A DNA stretch of 63,688 nt, the filler included, from Globobulimina sp. (taxonomy: Eukaryota): the NCBI GenBank assembly GCA_003354225.1. It is 48 parts of 48 records of this genome, joined end to end, with 100 filler letters (N's around TTAATTAATTAA, not from the genome) between each part and the next. Parts side by side here need not be neighbours in the genome. Positions count along the whole stretch, not along the records: positions 46,525 to 47,752 come from PIVH01020538.1; positions 47,853 to 49,080 come from PIVH01020539.1; positions 49,181 to 50,408 come from PIVH01020540.1; positions 50,509 to 51,736 come from PIVH01020541.1; positions 51,837 to 53,064 come from PIVH01020542.1; positions 53,165 to 54,392 come from PIVH01020543.1; positions 54,493 to 55,720 come from PIVH01020544.1; positions 55,821 to 57,048 come from PIVH01020545.1; 40 more parts are not named here. The stretch is one strand, 5' to 3'. The position numbers and the translations under genes were made by a program. The notes beneath the pieces were generated by a model, which was not told the origin of the DNA, made no database searches, and saw nothing but the letters and a program-made list of their open reading frames with translations. Positions 47,362-59,896 of this stretch are shown piece by piece. Numbering within the stretch: position 1 is the first letter of the stretch; each line of letters begins with the position of its first letter.

Positions 47362-47853
47362 CATTCAAAAACATTGCAATGTGCTCAGTGCTGTGCAAGG
47401 ATAATTAATTTAAACTTTATATTAATTACACTTTGTTCCAATCTTTGAAGTATCCCACTGTATTATCCACTTCCTCATCGATATAATCGATAACATTCGT
47501 ATCTCCATTGTCTTCTGCAGCTGAATGCATTTCTTTGTCGGATTTTATCAGCTTTGTTTCTTTTGTTTCCAATGTAATAATATCACTCCGTTTTTCCGTC
47601 CATTTTTGTAATTTGTGCAAAGTCTGCGTATTGTAACTGTCATCCATCACATTTGTAGCTATCAATCGAATATCAAACGCCATTTGGCTGATTAAATTTA
47701 CTCCGTATGTTTTTCGTATTTGTTGATTTTCAATCATTGCTATGTCCTATTTNNNNNNNNNNNNNNNNNNNNNNNNNNNNNNNNNNNNNNNNNNNNTTAA
47801 TTAATTAANNNNNNNNNNNNNNNNNNNNNNNNNNNNNNNNNNNNNNNNNNNNC

Positions 47854-48330
47854 GCCAATAAACCGGACATTGTATTCGAGGAACTATGGGCGATACAAAT
47901 TGCTGCCATGAATTGGTGTGATGACTGGGAAGGAAAAGCAATACTTTTCCGGACTGATAACAAGGGAGTTTCCCATATTTTGGCTAAAAGGAAGGCGTGC
48001 TTCGAACGCAAGGACCTCCAAGCTTTGCTACGATCAATTTGCGAATTGGCAATGAAAAAGAAATTCTGGTATTGGGTGGAATGGATACCACGCGATGACA
48101 ATGAGGATGCCGACAGACTGTCGAAAGCCATCGCGGACCCAATAAGGAATAATGATTTCTGTTTGATTGATACGACAATTGATGCGGAGCAGCTTGCGAC
48201 ATATGGCCTGGATAAATACCATACGTCAAGAAAGAATATGCATAAACACTTTGGGCAGACTAAACATTGTGATTGTGATTGTGAGATTGTTTGTGAATCC
48301 CAGCCATTGTATAATAAATGGCAGACTTAA
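47854..48330 (+). mobile_element. RNase H domain of a DIRS-type RT polyprotein (C-terminus)
   Basis: EELWAI, FRTDNKGV, VEWIPRDDNEDADRLSK. Confidence 0.85.
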
Positions 48331-48428
48331 TATAACTGCAAACGACGAGCCCATGCTTGAGAATTAAACTTGAGGCACTGTAACTAAATAAAAGTTAAAC
48401 ACTAACTCAAAAACTTCACTTTAAACAG

Positions 48429-48999
48429 GATCAGCACAACAAACGTTTCCGGAAGTTGCAGCAAACGCAGATCACAAACAAAGTAAAAGAGAATTTCGAC
48501 AATCGGCATGCGATTGGAACAAGTACAAATTACAATGGAACCATAGGACATTGGAAGATCTATACGGATTTGCAAGGAAAAAACGCATTGGATTTCTCAG
48601 AATGGAACATCAGGCAATTCCTGGCATGGAAACAGATAATAAGAGGTATTGGATGGTCTGCAATGCACGGACACAAATATGCCATCAGGGACCATGCCAA
48701 AACAATGGGATTCAACATTGATGTCTCTGCCAAGGGAATGCCCAAATTATACGATGATATAACTGGAGAGAAAAGGAGGAGACCCTCTGGACCGGGAACA
48801 AAGCCGGTGGACAGAGATTTGATCAAAAGGTTCTATGACCAATAGGAAGGACCCAAAGATGAAAGAAAGGGACATTTTAATATGGGAAACCATCCTGGCA
48901 TTGGGCCACGATGCCATAAAAAGAGGGTCAGAAATCACATATGATGACCTATTGGGACAGGGAATTGACTTAAAAAAAATTGGAAGGAAAATAGGTTAA
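48429..48999 (+). pseudogene. DIRS-type tyrosine recombinase N-half, frameshifted near 48843
   Basis: SAM-like helical region ending GTKPVDRDLI, continuing in a shifted frame as WETILALGHDAIKRGSEI (catalytic R motif). Confidence 0.7.
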
Positions 49000-49180
49000 T
49001 AATAAAATGTTAAAGGTAACATTTAACTTTTTGCTTTTCAGTTTGAAATTACTGTTTTTTACTGTAAACTCTTTGAATTTNNNNNNNNNNNNNNNNNNNN
49101 NNNNNNNNNNNNNNNNNNNNNNNNTTAATTAATTAANNNNNNNNNNNNNNNNNNNNNNNNNNNNNNNNNNNNNNNNNNNN

Positions 49181-50408
49181 CGCCATATGTAATCACTCCG
49201 CCTTTGACTGGAGGTGATCCCGTGTGGTCCGCCGTAGCCGTCAATCCAATTGATGGCCAAATTTATGTTTTATACCAGGAAGTCGGTGCCGGTGCCACCG
49301 TCTACTTGGGAACCATTGAAGATCCATACAGTGACATTGCACCATTTGATATCACCCGCATTGGCGATGCCTTAGCAACCGAGGATTATACCGCTTTAAC
49401 CTTCGATTGCGAAGGCAATGCATACGGTGTTACCTCCGGAAGAAACCCAACCATCATACAACTCGACCTCGCCACTGGCACAGAAATGGCCGACGTCGAG
49501 GCGCTAAAAGAAACGAGCCGTACTTGCAATCCATTTGTGTCCTGTCGTGAGCTAATAATATATAATTACGATACGGATGAATTTATCCGGATCTCCACTG
49601 CCGCGGATAACACTGTTGACAAACGATTATACGTTCGATCGAGTATTGGAGGGCCGGACGACCCACTCAATGGCACACTTATCGATTACAATGGTGTTTG
49701 TGATGCAAACGCCGACATTACCACAGCAACGTATATTGGAAATGGTATCGCCTTGGTTTACTGCGGAGGTTCTACTGATAAGCCAGCTATATTGGATATG
49801 ACTGATATTAATAATCCAATTCTTAGAGCGGAGGCGTTGTCTGTGGGTACAACTGATGCTTTATTGACTTATAATGCGGATGGCAGTGTATGTAAACCGG
49901 CATCGTGTACCACGACGCCTACAACTTCTCCACCTACAACTTCTCCGTCTACACCTTCTCCGGTAATGGGTGGTTATTCGAGTGACAGTGAGAGCGACAG
50001 CGAGAGTGTGAGTGATATGGAGAGTGACAGTGACCGTGGCAGTGACCGTGGCAGTGAGAGTGACAGTGATTCATCGTTACGTAGTACATTTTTGTATGGT
50101 TTGCACAAATAGAAAATTACAAATACAAAAGGGGTTTAATTACACCAACACCAACCAGAAGACCTCGCGGTGGCAATGGCAATGGCAATAAGAATAGGAA
50201 TGGGAATGGGAGTGGCAGTGGAAGCGGCAGTGGTGACGGCGCAGAAATGTTTCAAAATGCGGCGGATATGGGCTATGCGGATGAGAATGAGAATGGGGAG
50301 AATATGTCGGATTTGATTACTGTTGATGTCAGTGATAAAACGGTGTTACATTTCTGGGGATTATTTGCCGTGTTTAGTCTGGTTAATATTGTAGGATGTT
50401 GGTGCATT
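49181..50408 (+). CDS. Cell-surface protein: beta-rich ectodomain, PT and SD repeats, TM helix (spliced, partial)
   Basis: PTTSPPTTSP, SDSESDS repeats, exon with FWGLFAVFSLVNIVGCW. Confidence 0.65.
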
Positions 50409-50508
50409 NNNNNNNNNNNNNNNNNNNNNNNNNNNNNNNNNNNNNNNNNNNNTTAATTAATTAANNNNNNNNNNNNNNNNNNNNNNNNNNNNNNNNNNNN
50501 NNNNNNNN

Positions 50509-51165
50509 TCCGAACCATATAGCATAATGTATTGGTAATTGCGTATTGTCCATTCTTTGAATGTTGTTCATAATAGAAACATATCTGGGATATAACTCCG
50601 TTAATTTATTGCTCAAACCGTCGTAATCGTCAATTTTGTGCAAACTTATGATATATAACAATTGGAATTGCAGCTCAAATTGGTCAGTGTTGAATTCTGA
50701 TGCATATTTTGTGAGATATTTAGTATCTTTTAGTAATGAATTTATTTTATTAAAATGAAGAATTGCTGAATGAGCATCCCATAATTGCTGAATTAATGAA
50801 TGAGCCCTATACATTAAAAATATTGGATGATTTGGTTCAAGCTCCAAAGCTTTATGTATATGATATTTATATTTTTCTGTATACGTATAAACCATGTTTT
50901 TGTCAGGAAATTTGTAGCCGACCACACTGAAAGCATAAATCTGGCACAGTAAAAAATGATATTTAGCACAATTGGGCTTCATTGCTAATAATTTCCTTCC
51001 ATATTTTTCCGCTTTCCAATAATTATCAGAGCAGCCATTTATGAATCGATCACAAAATGACAAATAGCGTTTTTCTCGTTCGTCTAACTCACTAAATTCA
51101 ATTTTAAATCCACAAAAAGCATCCAATTCTAAAAAATGCGACATTTTAAAGCAGATAATTCCCAA
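50509..51165 (-). CDS. TPR-like repeat protein
   Basis: KLLAMKPNCAKYHFLL; KALELEPNHP. Confidence 0.6.
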
Positions 51166-51836
51166 AATAGATTCTATTCATATTTTATAAGTCATAATCA
51201 TTAATCATAATTGCTACAGCTGTAAAAATTATATTTGATATTCACACTGCTTTGGTATGTACTGATATCAAATAAAGCGTCGTAATATCTGACCAAACTT
51301 TCGATAATTTTATGCACCTTCCTCTTGAAAGAAAAAAAAAATAGGATGAGTCCTACTTTCATTTTGTGCCAGCACAAAATTATATATCGAAACTTTGTGA
51401 ATCATTAATATTTGAAATAATCAATATTGAATCCTTTATAATATTGTTTCAATCCGGAAAGTTGCACAAAGTTCAGAAGAAAACTTTTCTAGTTTAGATC
51501 ATGGCAGTCCAAACACTTGAAACACGGACAACTTACTGGGTCTCTACCATCATTAATGCATGTGTTAGCAGTATTTTTTGCATTGGGTTGTTGTCATTGC
51601 ACGTGTACAAATATTGAAAACATGAAATACTAGTAATCTCAAAACCAAATTCTAAATTCAAACAACTTCCGTTACATAAATTAATATCTTTTGTATCATT
51701 TATTACAATAATTATATTTGTACTGGCAATCATATTNNNNNNNNNNNNNNNNNNNNNNNNNNNNNNNNNNNNNNNNNNNNTTAATTAATTAANNNNNNNN
51801 NNNNNNNNNNNNNNNNNNNNNNNNNNNNNNNNNNNN

Positions 51837-53064
51837 GCATCAATATTTACATACAACAAACAACAGCTATTTCGTGCACATCATTGGTCGCCAGGCTGTT
51901 TATCATTAAATGAAATAAAAAACCGAAATCTATATCAATTGACCTTATCCGTCAATGTGCAAATACTGCAAATACTATGTACGAATAAGGTCAGCATTTA
52001 TGAAAATATATCCAATATCGGAGCTATAACCACTTTATTCCAAAAACAAACATTCAAATGGGAATTAGACAGTATTTCATTGCGCGAAATGAAGCATTCA
52101 TTGTACGGAAAATGTTTCATTTCCTTTGTAAATGCTCTGTTTTGTTTGAAAATATTCCCAAATGGATACCAAAAAGAAGGACAGGTTCATATCGAAATAC
52201 AATGGTTTGGGATCCCCGGTGTTATTAACAACCAATTGCTTGACTGGAAAATCGTAATACCTCAAGCAAATATTGTGTCGCAAGGTATGTATCTCTTAAT
52301 ATTTCGTTGCTGTACATACACAAAACACGAACAACAAAATTAAAACAGGTACAAATCGTTTCTCTTATGACGTTTCTTCAATTCATTGGGGTTCGAATGT
52401 ATTCTCTTTAAAGCAATTTAAAACACATAACGCGTTGACAATATATTGTGATATTCGCCATTCATCGTTGAATACGCCGCCTGTTGTCGATTATAATCAA
52501 TATGTCAGTAACACAATGAACAAAATGTACGCAGAGATAGAGGGTATTAAGGCGATCGTGAATAGAAATTATGAAAACAATCAGAAGCTAGTGTTTAGCT
52601 CAAATAAGTAAACAAATAATGCTATTAAGTCAACATCAGATGGACACTGATAAAAACATTGAGGAAATGTGGAGTGAAATGCACAATAAAAATGGTAAAA
52701 ATGCAATAGAAAAAAAAGAAGATTTATTCCGTGAGTGGTTACATAATGAGGTAAAATTACCGCAATATTTGCAGTTATTTGTAGAAAACGGCTACGATGA
52801 CATGGATGTTATGCGTGATGTGAATGAAAATGATTTGAAAATTATTGGAATTGGGAAAATTGGACATAGGAAGAAAATAATTAAATCATTTAGTAATCGT
52901 AACAATAAATTGGATGCGAGGAAGCAGGAGAAAATCAATAAAATCTTAAAAATAGAGAAAATATGCGATAGTGATGAGAATAAACAAGAAATTGGTCAGG
53001 AAGAAAGGATAAGAAATTGGTTGAACGATGGTGTCAAATTACCGCAATATTTTGAATCGTTAGT
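51837..53064 (+). CDS. MATH + tandem SAM domain protein (spliced, partial)
   Basis: FCLKIFPNG (MATH); WLHNEVKLPQYLQLFVENGYD...DLKIIGIGKIGHRKKI (SAM); second WLNDGVKLPQY. Confidence 0.82.
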
Positions 53065-53164
53065 NNNNNNNNNNNNNNNNNNNNNNNNNNNNNNNNNNNN
53101 NNNNNNNNTTAATTAATTAANNNNNNNNNNNNNNNNNNNNNNNNNNNNNNNNNNNNNNNNNNNN

Positions 53165-54017
53165 TTGTGAAAAATTTATTGTTCTGTTCGATACCACACC
53201 AACAAAAAAATGAGTAGTTGTGCCCCCATCGCTTTCCTTTAATATTCATAGTCCATGATATAAATGAAAGGTTATATTCGTTGTTTGCTTTGGTTGGCAT
53301 CGCGCATTTTAATTTTATGCTGTTTTCATAACAATAATCTGCAATGGCTTTCACTTCAAAGTCATTAATCACTCGAAGTTTTGGAGGACATACATTTCGA
53401 TCAAATATCATGTTCATATACAGATCGTTTATATACAAAGCGTTTAAATCCTCATTCTCTGTCTCGAATGAAATGCATTTTGAATATTTTCCCCAGCCAT
53501 TTTTATTTTGTGATTTTGCGCGAATTATATATGTTGTGCAGCTCCGTAATGATTGAATATAATATTCATTATTATTGCTCTGTACATTGACAGATTTCCA
53601 ATCTAACTTTTCATCAATTTTATTATCATCAGTACTTTGTACATATTCTATTTTATATCCAACACCACGTCCAACACATTCTTTTTCATCACCTTTTAGA
53701 TACCAATACAGTTTGTGACATTTTAAGCTGTATTCAATTTTAACGTATTAAAAATGTCACAAACTGCTTGGATTAGATCTTATTGTTATTTTTGCCGAAT
53801 TATACGTCACTTTTGTCACTGTAACAAATGGTGGCAATGTAGTATTTTTTCCATCTGTAATAATACCAATTTGCGATAACAAACTCTGTAAAACATTAAC
53901 ATCAAAATAAACAGTAATTTTATCATTTGTTATTGGATATCGATTTAATTCCAACTTTTCAGCAAATAATATCTGAGCTTGTGATAATATTTTTCTTTTT
54001 CTTTTAACACTGTCCAT
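53165..54017 (-). pseudogene. Fragmented FN3/SPRY-like coding remnant
   Basis: TKVTYNSAKI and FFVGVVSN fall in different frames with stops. Confidence 0.35.
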
Positions 54018-54697
54018 ATTATTTGTGTTTCATCATTTTTTGTGTTTCAGCATATATTTCATCCAATTTCTGCACTTTGTCTGTACATAATTTCTGTTGA
54101 TCATTCAATTGGATATCTTTCTTATTTGTGATATCTTTTAATTGTTCCAATAATATATTCCTTCTCTTATTTGCATTGACAACAATATTATCAAAAACTG
54201 CATTGATTTTTGTTTCTAACTCTTGCGAATTTGCGTTTAAATCCTCTCGAATATTGGTTATATTTGTAATGGCTGCCGTTATTTTGACACTTTCTTTTTG
54301 AATTTGTTCCGCTGCTTAAATGTTCTTCAATGGATACAATTGATACTTTAGTTACATTCAACATTTTATACATTACAGATTGCGGAGACTTTNNNNNNNN
54401 NNNNNNNNNNNNNNNNNNNNNNNNNNNNNNNNNNNNTTAATTAATTAANNNNNNNNNNNNNNNNNNNNNNNNNNNNNNNNNNNNNNNNNNNNTGATATCG
54501 TTGCTGGGACGAATAAAATTGTACTGAATTAGTGACTTTGCTTTCGATTCAGTTGAATGCACGAATTCTAATTACAAATCTAGACAGCATGCAATGGATA
54601 CGTACAACTATACCCTTTGGAATCAGCCAAAAAAAAGCGAGAAAACCAACATAAATCGTAACACGTTAACACTTAAATAAAAATATCAATATAAAAA

Positions 54698-55720
54698 TCA
54701 TAAAGGTTTAGGCATTTCGGGCGATTCATTCAAGTCAATTTGGCGAAATGTATCACTATCACCATACGAATTAATTGGTGGTAAATGTTCCGTAAACAAT
54801 ATCTGTAATACTTCATCATAATTTTTCACAAAATGAACATCTTTAAATTCATCTCTTAGATATTTGGGTATCCCATATCCGGATTCATCATCATAAAAAT
54901 CCTCGAAATTATCAAACGGCAATATCAATGTATTAATTTTCGATCTTTTCGCTGCCAATAACTTCTCTTTCAAGCCGCCAATTTTCAATATCTTCCCAGT
55001 TAACGTCACCTCGCCAGTCATTGCAATATTTGGTGATATTTTTTGATTCAACGCCAACGACAACAGTGCAGTCACCATAGTAATCCCCGCCGATGGCCCA
55101 TCTTTTGCTATCCCACCTTCTGGGCAATGCAAATGCACATTATACTCGTCAAAAAATCTATTCTCATCGTCAATTCTATTCGACAACAAGGCGCGAGCTA
55201 CACATTGAGCAATCTCCACAGACTCCGCCATGACTTTGCCCAACTGACCGGTCGCTTTGATAACAGCGCCGCCATCGCCATTCTTTTTATATTTTATAGT
55301 CTCAACATACGTAATACAGCCACCATTGGTAGTATACGCCAATCCGGTCACTACGCCGAAGGGTACGCCCTTTTCGTCGCAATAAGTCCGTTCATTTTGA
55401 TACTTGCGCAAACCGACATATTCCTTCAAATTCTCGCAATTGATCGCTATAAATGGGATCTCGTGCTCATGATCTCCGCTATCTGCAATCTCATTATCTA
55501 TCTCTGTGTGTTCTTTCGTCTCCGGGTCAGAGGCAATTCTGCGCACAAAACTTGAAAACTTTTCCAGGATTTTTGAGTGTGTACCTTGCGTTCCATGGCT
55601 GTCGTCTTCAACTTGCTGCTCTGCCGCACTCTCTTTCTCTTTCTCCTGCGGCGGTTCTGGTCTATTATTAATATCTTTAAACGTAATGCCAGCCTCAGCC
55701 AACTGCAACGTCGATTTATA
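54698..55720 (-). CDS. Lon protease C-terminal protease domain (eukaryotic, partial)
   Basis: GVVTGLAYT, TGQLGKVMAES, HLHCPEG..KDGPSAG (Ser), AMTGEVTLTG, IGGLKEK (Lys). Confidence 0.96.
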   Translation of the reverse strand, partial: YKSTLQLAEAGITFKDINNRPEPPQEKEKESAAEQQVEDDSHGTQGTHSKILEKFSSFVRRIASDPETKEHTEIDNEIADSGDHEHEIPFIAINCENLKEYVGLRKYQNERTYCDEKGVPFGVVTGLAYTTNGGCITYVETIKYKKNGDGGAVIKATGQLGKVMAESVEIAQCVARALLSNRIDDENRFFDEYNVHLHCPEGGIAKDGPSAGITMVTALLSLALNQKISPNIAMTGEVTLTGKILKIGGLKEKLLAAKRSKINTLILPFDNFEDFYDDESGYGIPKYLRDEFKDVHFVKNYDEVLQILFTEHLPPINSYGDSDTFRQIDLNESPEMPKPL

Positions 55721-56123
55721 NNNNNNNNNNNNNNNNNNNNNNNNNNNNNNNNNNNNNNNNNNNNTTAATTAATTAANNNNNNNNNNNNNNNNNNNNNNNN
55801 NNNNNNNNNNNNNNNNNNNNAATGACGTAATTGACTTTTTAGGTTCACACTTCTAAACACTTCTTTTGTGATTGATTAACCATATTAAAGTCTATATTAC
55901 TAATATTAGCACACGTTATAAAAGCACTTTTTGTATTGCGAGCCTTTGTTTTCGGCTGTTTTGTGCTATATTCGGTAAGCCAGCTTGCAACGAATCCGGT
56001 GACTTTGCTTCCCCCAATTCAAAATCTAAAATATACGGCAAATGTGTATCAAGCAATGGTTTGAATTAGGATAACACAACACACACAGCAATATTAAAAC
56101 GTTTTTTTTTTTAATTTCTTTAT

Positions 56124-57048
56124 TTATAAGTCCTCATATAGATAAAGCTCTTTTACTATTGGTCTTACAATATTGTCAAATTCTTGTTGCTTGCCTCGAT
56201 AATCATCTCTATCCGCATCTTCATTGTCATCTAACCAGTCAATAATATCATTTGCTGCGCCATACAATATATCTTTATCTTCTTCCGATAAATGAGCACC
56301 TGCGTTTTCGTCATCGTCCAATTCATTTTTTAAATTATATGCTGCAGATTCCAAATCATTTCGAGCTTGAACAGTTGCTGCATATCTCAAATCATTTGGA
56401 GCTTCACGTGCAGCACTTCTCAACATTTCATCAATGTCTTCTTGACTGGGTCTACCTTTATCCGCACTTATTGCAATATCATTTCTTCCATTTATATCAT
56501 CATTGCTTCCAAAATACAATATTCCATTAGCATCGATTTCCATGGTAACCTCCACATTTATGCTCTTATCATATTTACCATTTAATATATAGTCACCTAA
56601 AAAGAGGTTATCGCTTACATTTATCCGTTGCCCTTGAAACACTCGCATAATAACACCAGAGATACCATTATTCACTGACACATTGACGCGCGGTAATTCA
56701 TTTCCTGTTAAATAAATGCTCTTTTTTGTTGGAATCACACTATTTTTCTCAATGATTTTAACCATCATTCCATCAGCTCCCTCAATGCCTAAGGTCAAAG
56801 GAGTCACATCCAATAATAAAATGCCTGATGTACTGTGAATGTCTGCGCCGTACACGTTTCTGTGTGCTGGCTGCGAATGTGATTCCGATTGCAATGTTGC
56901 GATATCATCTTCACCATCGATATCGACTTGATCCACTTTCTTCTCTTCCACCACAATCATGGAAGTCCATTGTGTTACTAACTGAAATGTTAATGCTAAA
57001 TGGAGTGCATTTTCGTTCACTAATCTTCTCATTGCAGCATCAATATTA
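56124..57048 (-). CDS. VIT/vWA-type C-terminal motif fused to a BiP-like Hsp70 substrate-binding domain and lid (5' partial)
   Basis: LALTFQLVTQWTSMIVVE then LLLDVTPLTLGIE, NSVIPTKKS, EIDANGIL, ARNDLES..Y, IDWLDDN, ending YEDL*. Confidence 0.85.
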
Positions 57049-57148
57049 NNNNNNNNNNNNNNNNNNNNNNNNNNNNNNNNNNNNNNNNNNNNTTAATTAA
57101 TTAANNNNNNNNNNNNNNNNNNNNNNNNNNNNNNNNNNNNNNNNNNNN

Positions 57149-57961
57149 CGTATTAATATTGTTAGCAAATGATAATAACCTCTCTTTGTATGTATCATTG
57201 TACTGAATTGCCACCTCTACCTGGACATCATTTTTTTCACCTTCAATAATTATAGGATCGTGTATAGCCGTATGCAGTCTGTTTATATATTTTACATATT
57301 CATATATTCCGCCTTCATAATAAAATTCATTTTTTTCGTCAGTACGTTCATCCTCAATCGTTATTTTTATACCACGGTTTAAAAAGGCCAGTTCTCTGAG
57401 CCTTTTAATGAGAATCTCATAATTGAAATCATTTTGATTCATTATTTCGAAGTCAGGTTTAAAATGAACTTTTGTTCCTCTTTTATTTGTCTCTCCTGCA
57501 ACAGTTAAATCACATTTTTTTATTCCTTTTTCATAGGACTGATAATAAATTTTTCCATTTGAATAAATTTCTACCTGCAACAATGATGAGAGGGCATTTA
57601 CAACTGAAATTCCAACTCCATGCAGTCCCCCTGAAACTTTATAGGAGTCATTGTCAAATTTTCCTCCGGCATGAAGCTTTGTCATAACAACTTCAACAGC
57701 AGGAACATTTTCTTTTTCATGAATACCTACAGGAATACCTCTTCCATTATCTTCCACACTTACGCTGTTGTCTGTATGTATAATAATATTGATAGTATCG
57801 CAAAATCCCGCCATTGCTTCATCAATACTGTTATCAACAACCTCGTAAACAAGATGATGCAATCCTTCAACATCAACATTTCCTATATACATTGAAGGTC
57901 TGAGCCTGACCGGTTCAAGGCCCTCAAGAACATCTATACTGTGCTCGTCATAATTATTCAT
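57149..57961 (-). CDS. gyrB: DNA gyrase subunit B (N-terminal, partial)
   Basis: [44 protein letters not shown]. Confidence 0.97.
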
Positions 57962-58376
57962 ATTTTCATCGGCATTATTATACTTAAATAGTTTTTATCT
58001 GCTTCTCCATAAATTGCACAGGGGTTTTCATTATCAATTATATTAAGAAAAACCGTATCTTTTTCTATAAAGTTAAGTGTTTCAATAAAATATTGAGGAT
58101 TAAATGCAATCTCAATGGAATCACCTTTAAAATCAATATCCAGGTCTTCTTTTGACTCACCAATATCAGGATTTGCTGTATTTATAAGAAGTTTTTCTTT
58201 ATCAAATTTAAAGATGACTCCTTTATAATCCTCTGAAGTTAAAATTGACATTCTTTTTAACATCATTTTAAAAAGATTTTTTTCAATTTTAATTACATGT
58301 CCATCTTCTTCAGAAAGAATATCTTCAAAATCAGGAAAATCGCCTTCGAGAAGACCTATTATTATTGTTTCATTTT
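57958..58376 (-). CDS. dnaN: DNA polymerase III beta clamp, C-terminal part
   Basis: [26 protein letters not shown] overlap with gyrB. Confidence 0.93.
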
Positions 58377-58870
58377 NNNNNNNNNNNNNNNNNNNNNNNN
58401 NNNNNNNNNNNNNNNNNNNNTTAATTAATTAANNNNNNNNNNNNNNNNNNNNNNNNNNNNNNNNNNNNNNNNNNNNAAGGAGACTCAAATCCTACTCATT
58501 CTCATTGCAAAAACAAAATATGAAGATATAAATGTACCTTATGTCCTTTTTATGACACCATCCAAAATGTGTTGTTTTATCATAGATAAAAAACTCAAAT
58601 AAGGGAAAATATAAAAAGAGAAAGAGAAAAACAATTATTTTTGCAATGAGATGATTACATTCTGTGTAGAATCTGCAATCCTTTTCATAAATGTATGGAT
58701 TCTAATCTCTTAATCCAAAGAATATGCAATATTAATCCCCAAACATTATCCAGTTATCACACTGTAATTTAATATTAATTCAACCAATAAACAAACCTGT
58801 AATGCTCTATCATGCGCTGATATTATTTTCGCCACTAAACACCACAAAAAACATATACATGGCTCATATC

Positions 58871-59704
58871 TCAACTGCATAGGCACAAAAACAACAAAAA
58901 TACGTAACATGTTTCATGAGTGGGCTGCGGTGGCGTTGGTGGAGGCGGTGCCGGTTCAACTTTCATAGATGCACTTGGCTGAATTGCTGGAGCTGGCCAT
59001 GACGATCCATTTGCATTATTATTACTCACCGATTGTTGATTTTTACTCAAAAAACCAGCAAATCCTCCAGTAACCGCAGGACTTTCTGAGTGCGTAAACT
59101 GCCGAAAATTGGATTGAGTGTTATTTATTTTTGGTGGAAGGTTATTTATTTTGGCTGGAATGACAATGTTGTTTATCTTCGGCGGAAACATCGACATATT
59201 ACCACCATCCGATACTGCTCCACAACTCAACAATTTATTTATTTCCTGATCAACAACCTCGATATTATTGGCAGCCTCAATCCGCATAAACACATTCATA
59301 AACTGTACGCCATCAACCTTCCGATACGCAGCCCCTTGCATCAATTGCTGCACTCCATACTTATCCATATCAATCAAAAACTTATCCCGCGCAGCAAAGC
59401 GCTTTGCATCCCGCCGCAGCTTCAATTTAACCAAATCGTCCATAGCCAATCCATTCCGACATATATTATTCATATCATTGCCATCAAAGCCTCCATACCA
59501 CACTAAGAAATCTGTGGCATCCACGGATGACATACAGCCATTGACTCCTACATAAAAGCCAAAGCCTCGCACAAAGTCAGCAAACTTATACGACGCGTTT
59601 GGAGGCATACGGACAGCGCCGCGCGTACACATTTTCCTAATGCAAACCGAGCGGAACTTATCCAATATCGGGTACAAAAGAGCCCGTCCCAGCACGCTCA
59701 GTTT
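58871..59704 (-). CDS. Eukaryotic hypothetical protein exon
   Basis: 274 aa ORF. Confidence 0.45.
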   Translation of the reverse strand, partial: KLSVLGRALLYPILDKFRSVCIRKMCTRGAVRMPPNASYKFADFVRGFGFYVGVNGCMSSVDATDFLVWYGGFDGNDMNNICRNGLAMDDLVKLKLRRDAKRFAARDKFLIDMDKYGVQQLMQGAAYRKVDGVQFMNVFMRIEAANNIEVVDQEINKLLSCGAVSDGGNMSMFPPKINNIVIPAKINNLPPKINNTQSNFRQFTHSESPAVTGGFAGFLSKNQQSVSNNNANGSSWPAPAIQPSASMKVEPAPPPPTPPQPTHETCYVFLLFLCLCS

Positions 59705-59896
59705 NNNNNNNNNNNNNNNNNNNNNNNNNNNNNNNNNNNNNNNNNNNNTTAATTAATTAANNNNNNNNNNNNNNNNNNNNNNNNNNNNNNNNNNNNNNNN
59801 NNNNCATTCCAAAGCTATACAATCATAGAAAAATTAGAAAGAGGAATTGCGAAGTTATTATTATTAGTTATATTAGTTATCCCATGTCGATATATA

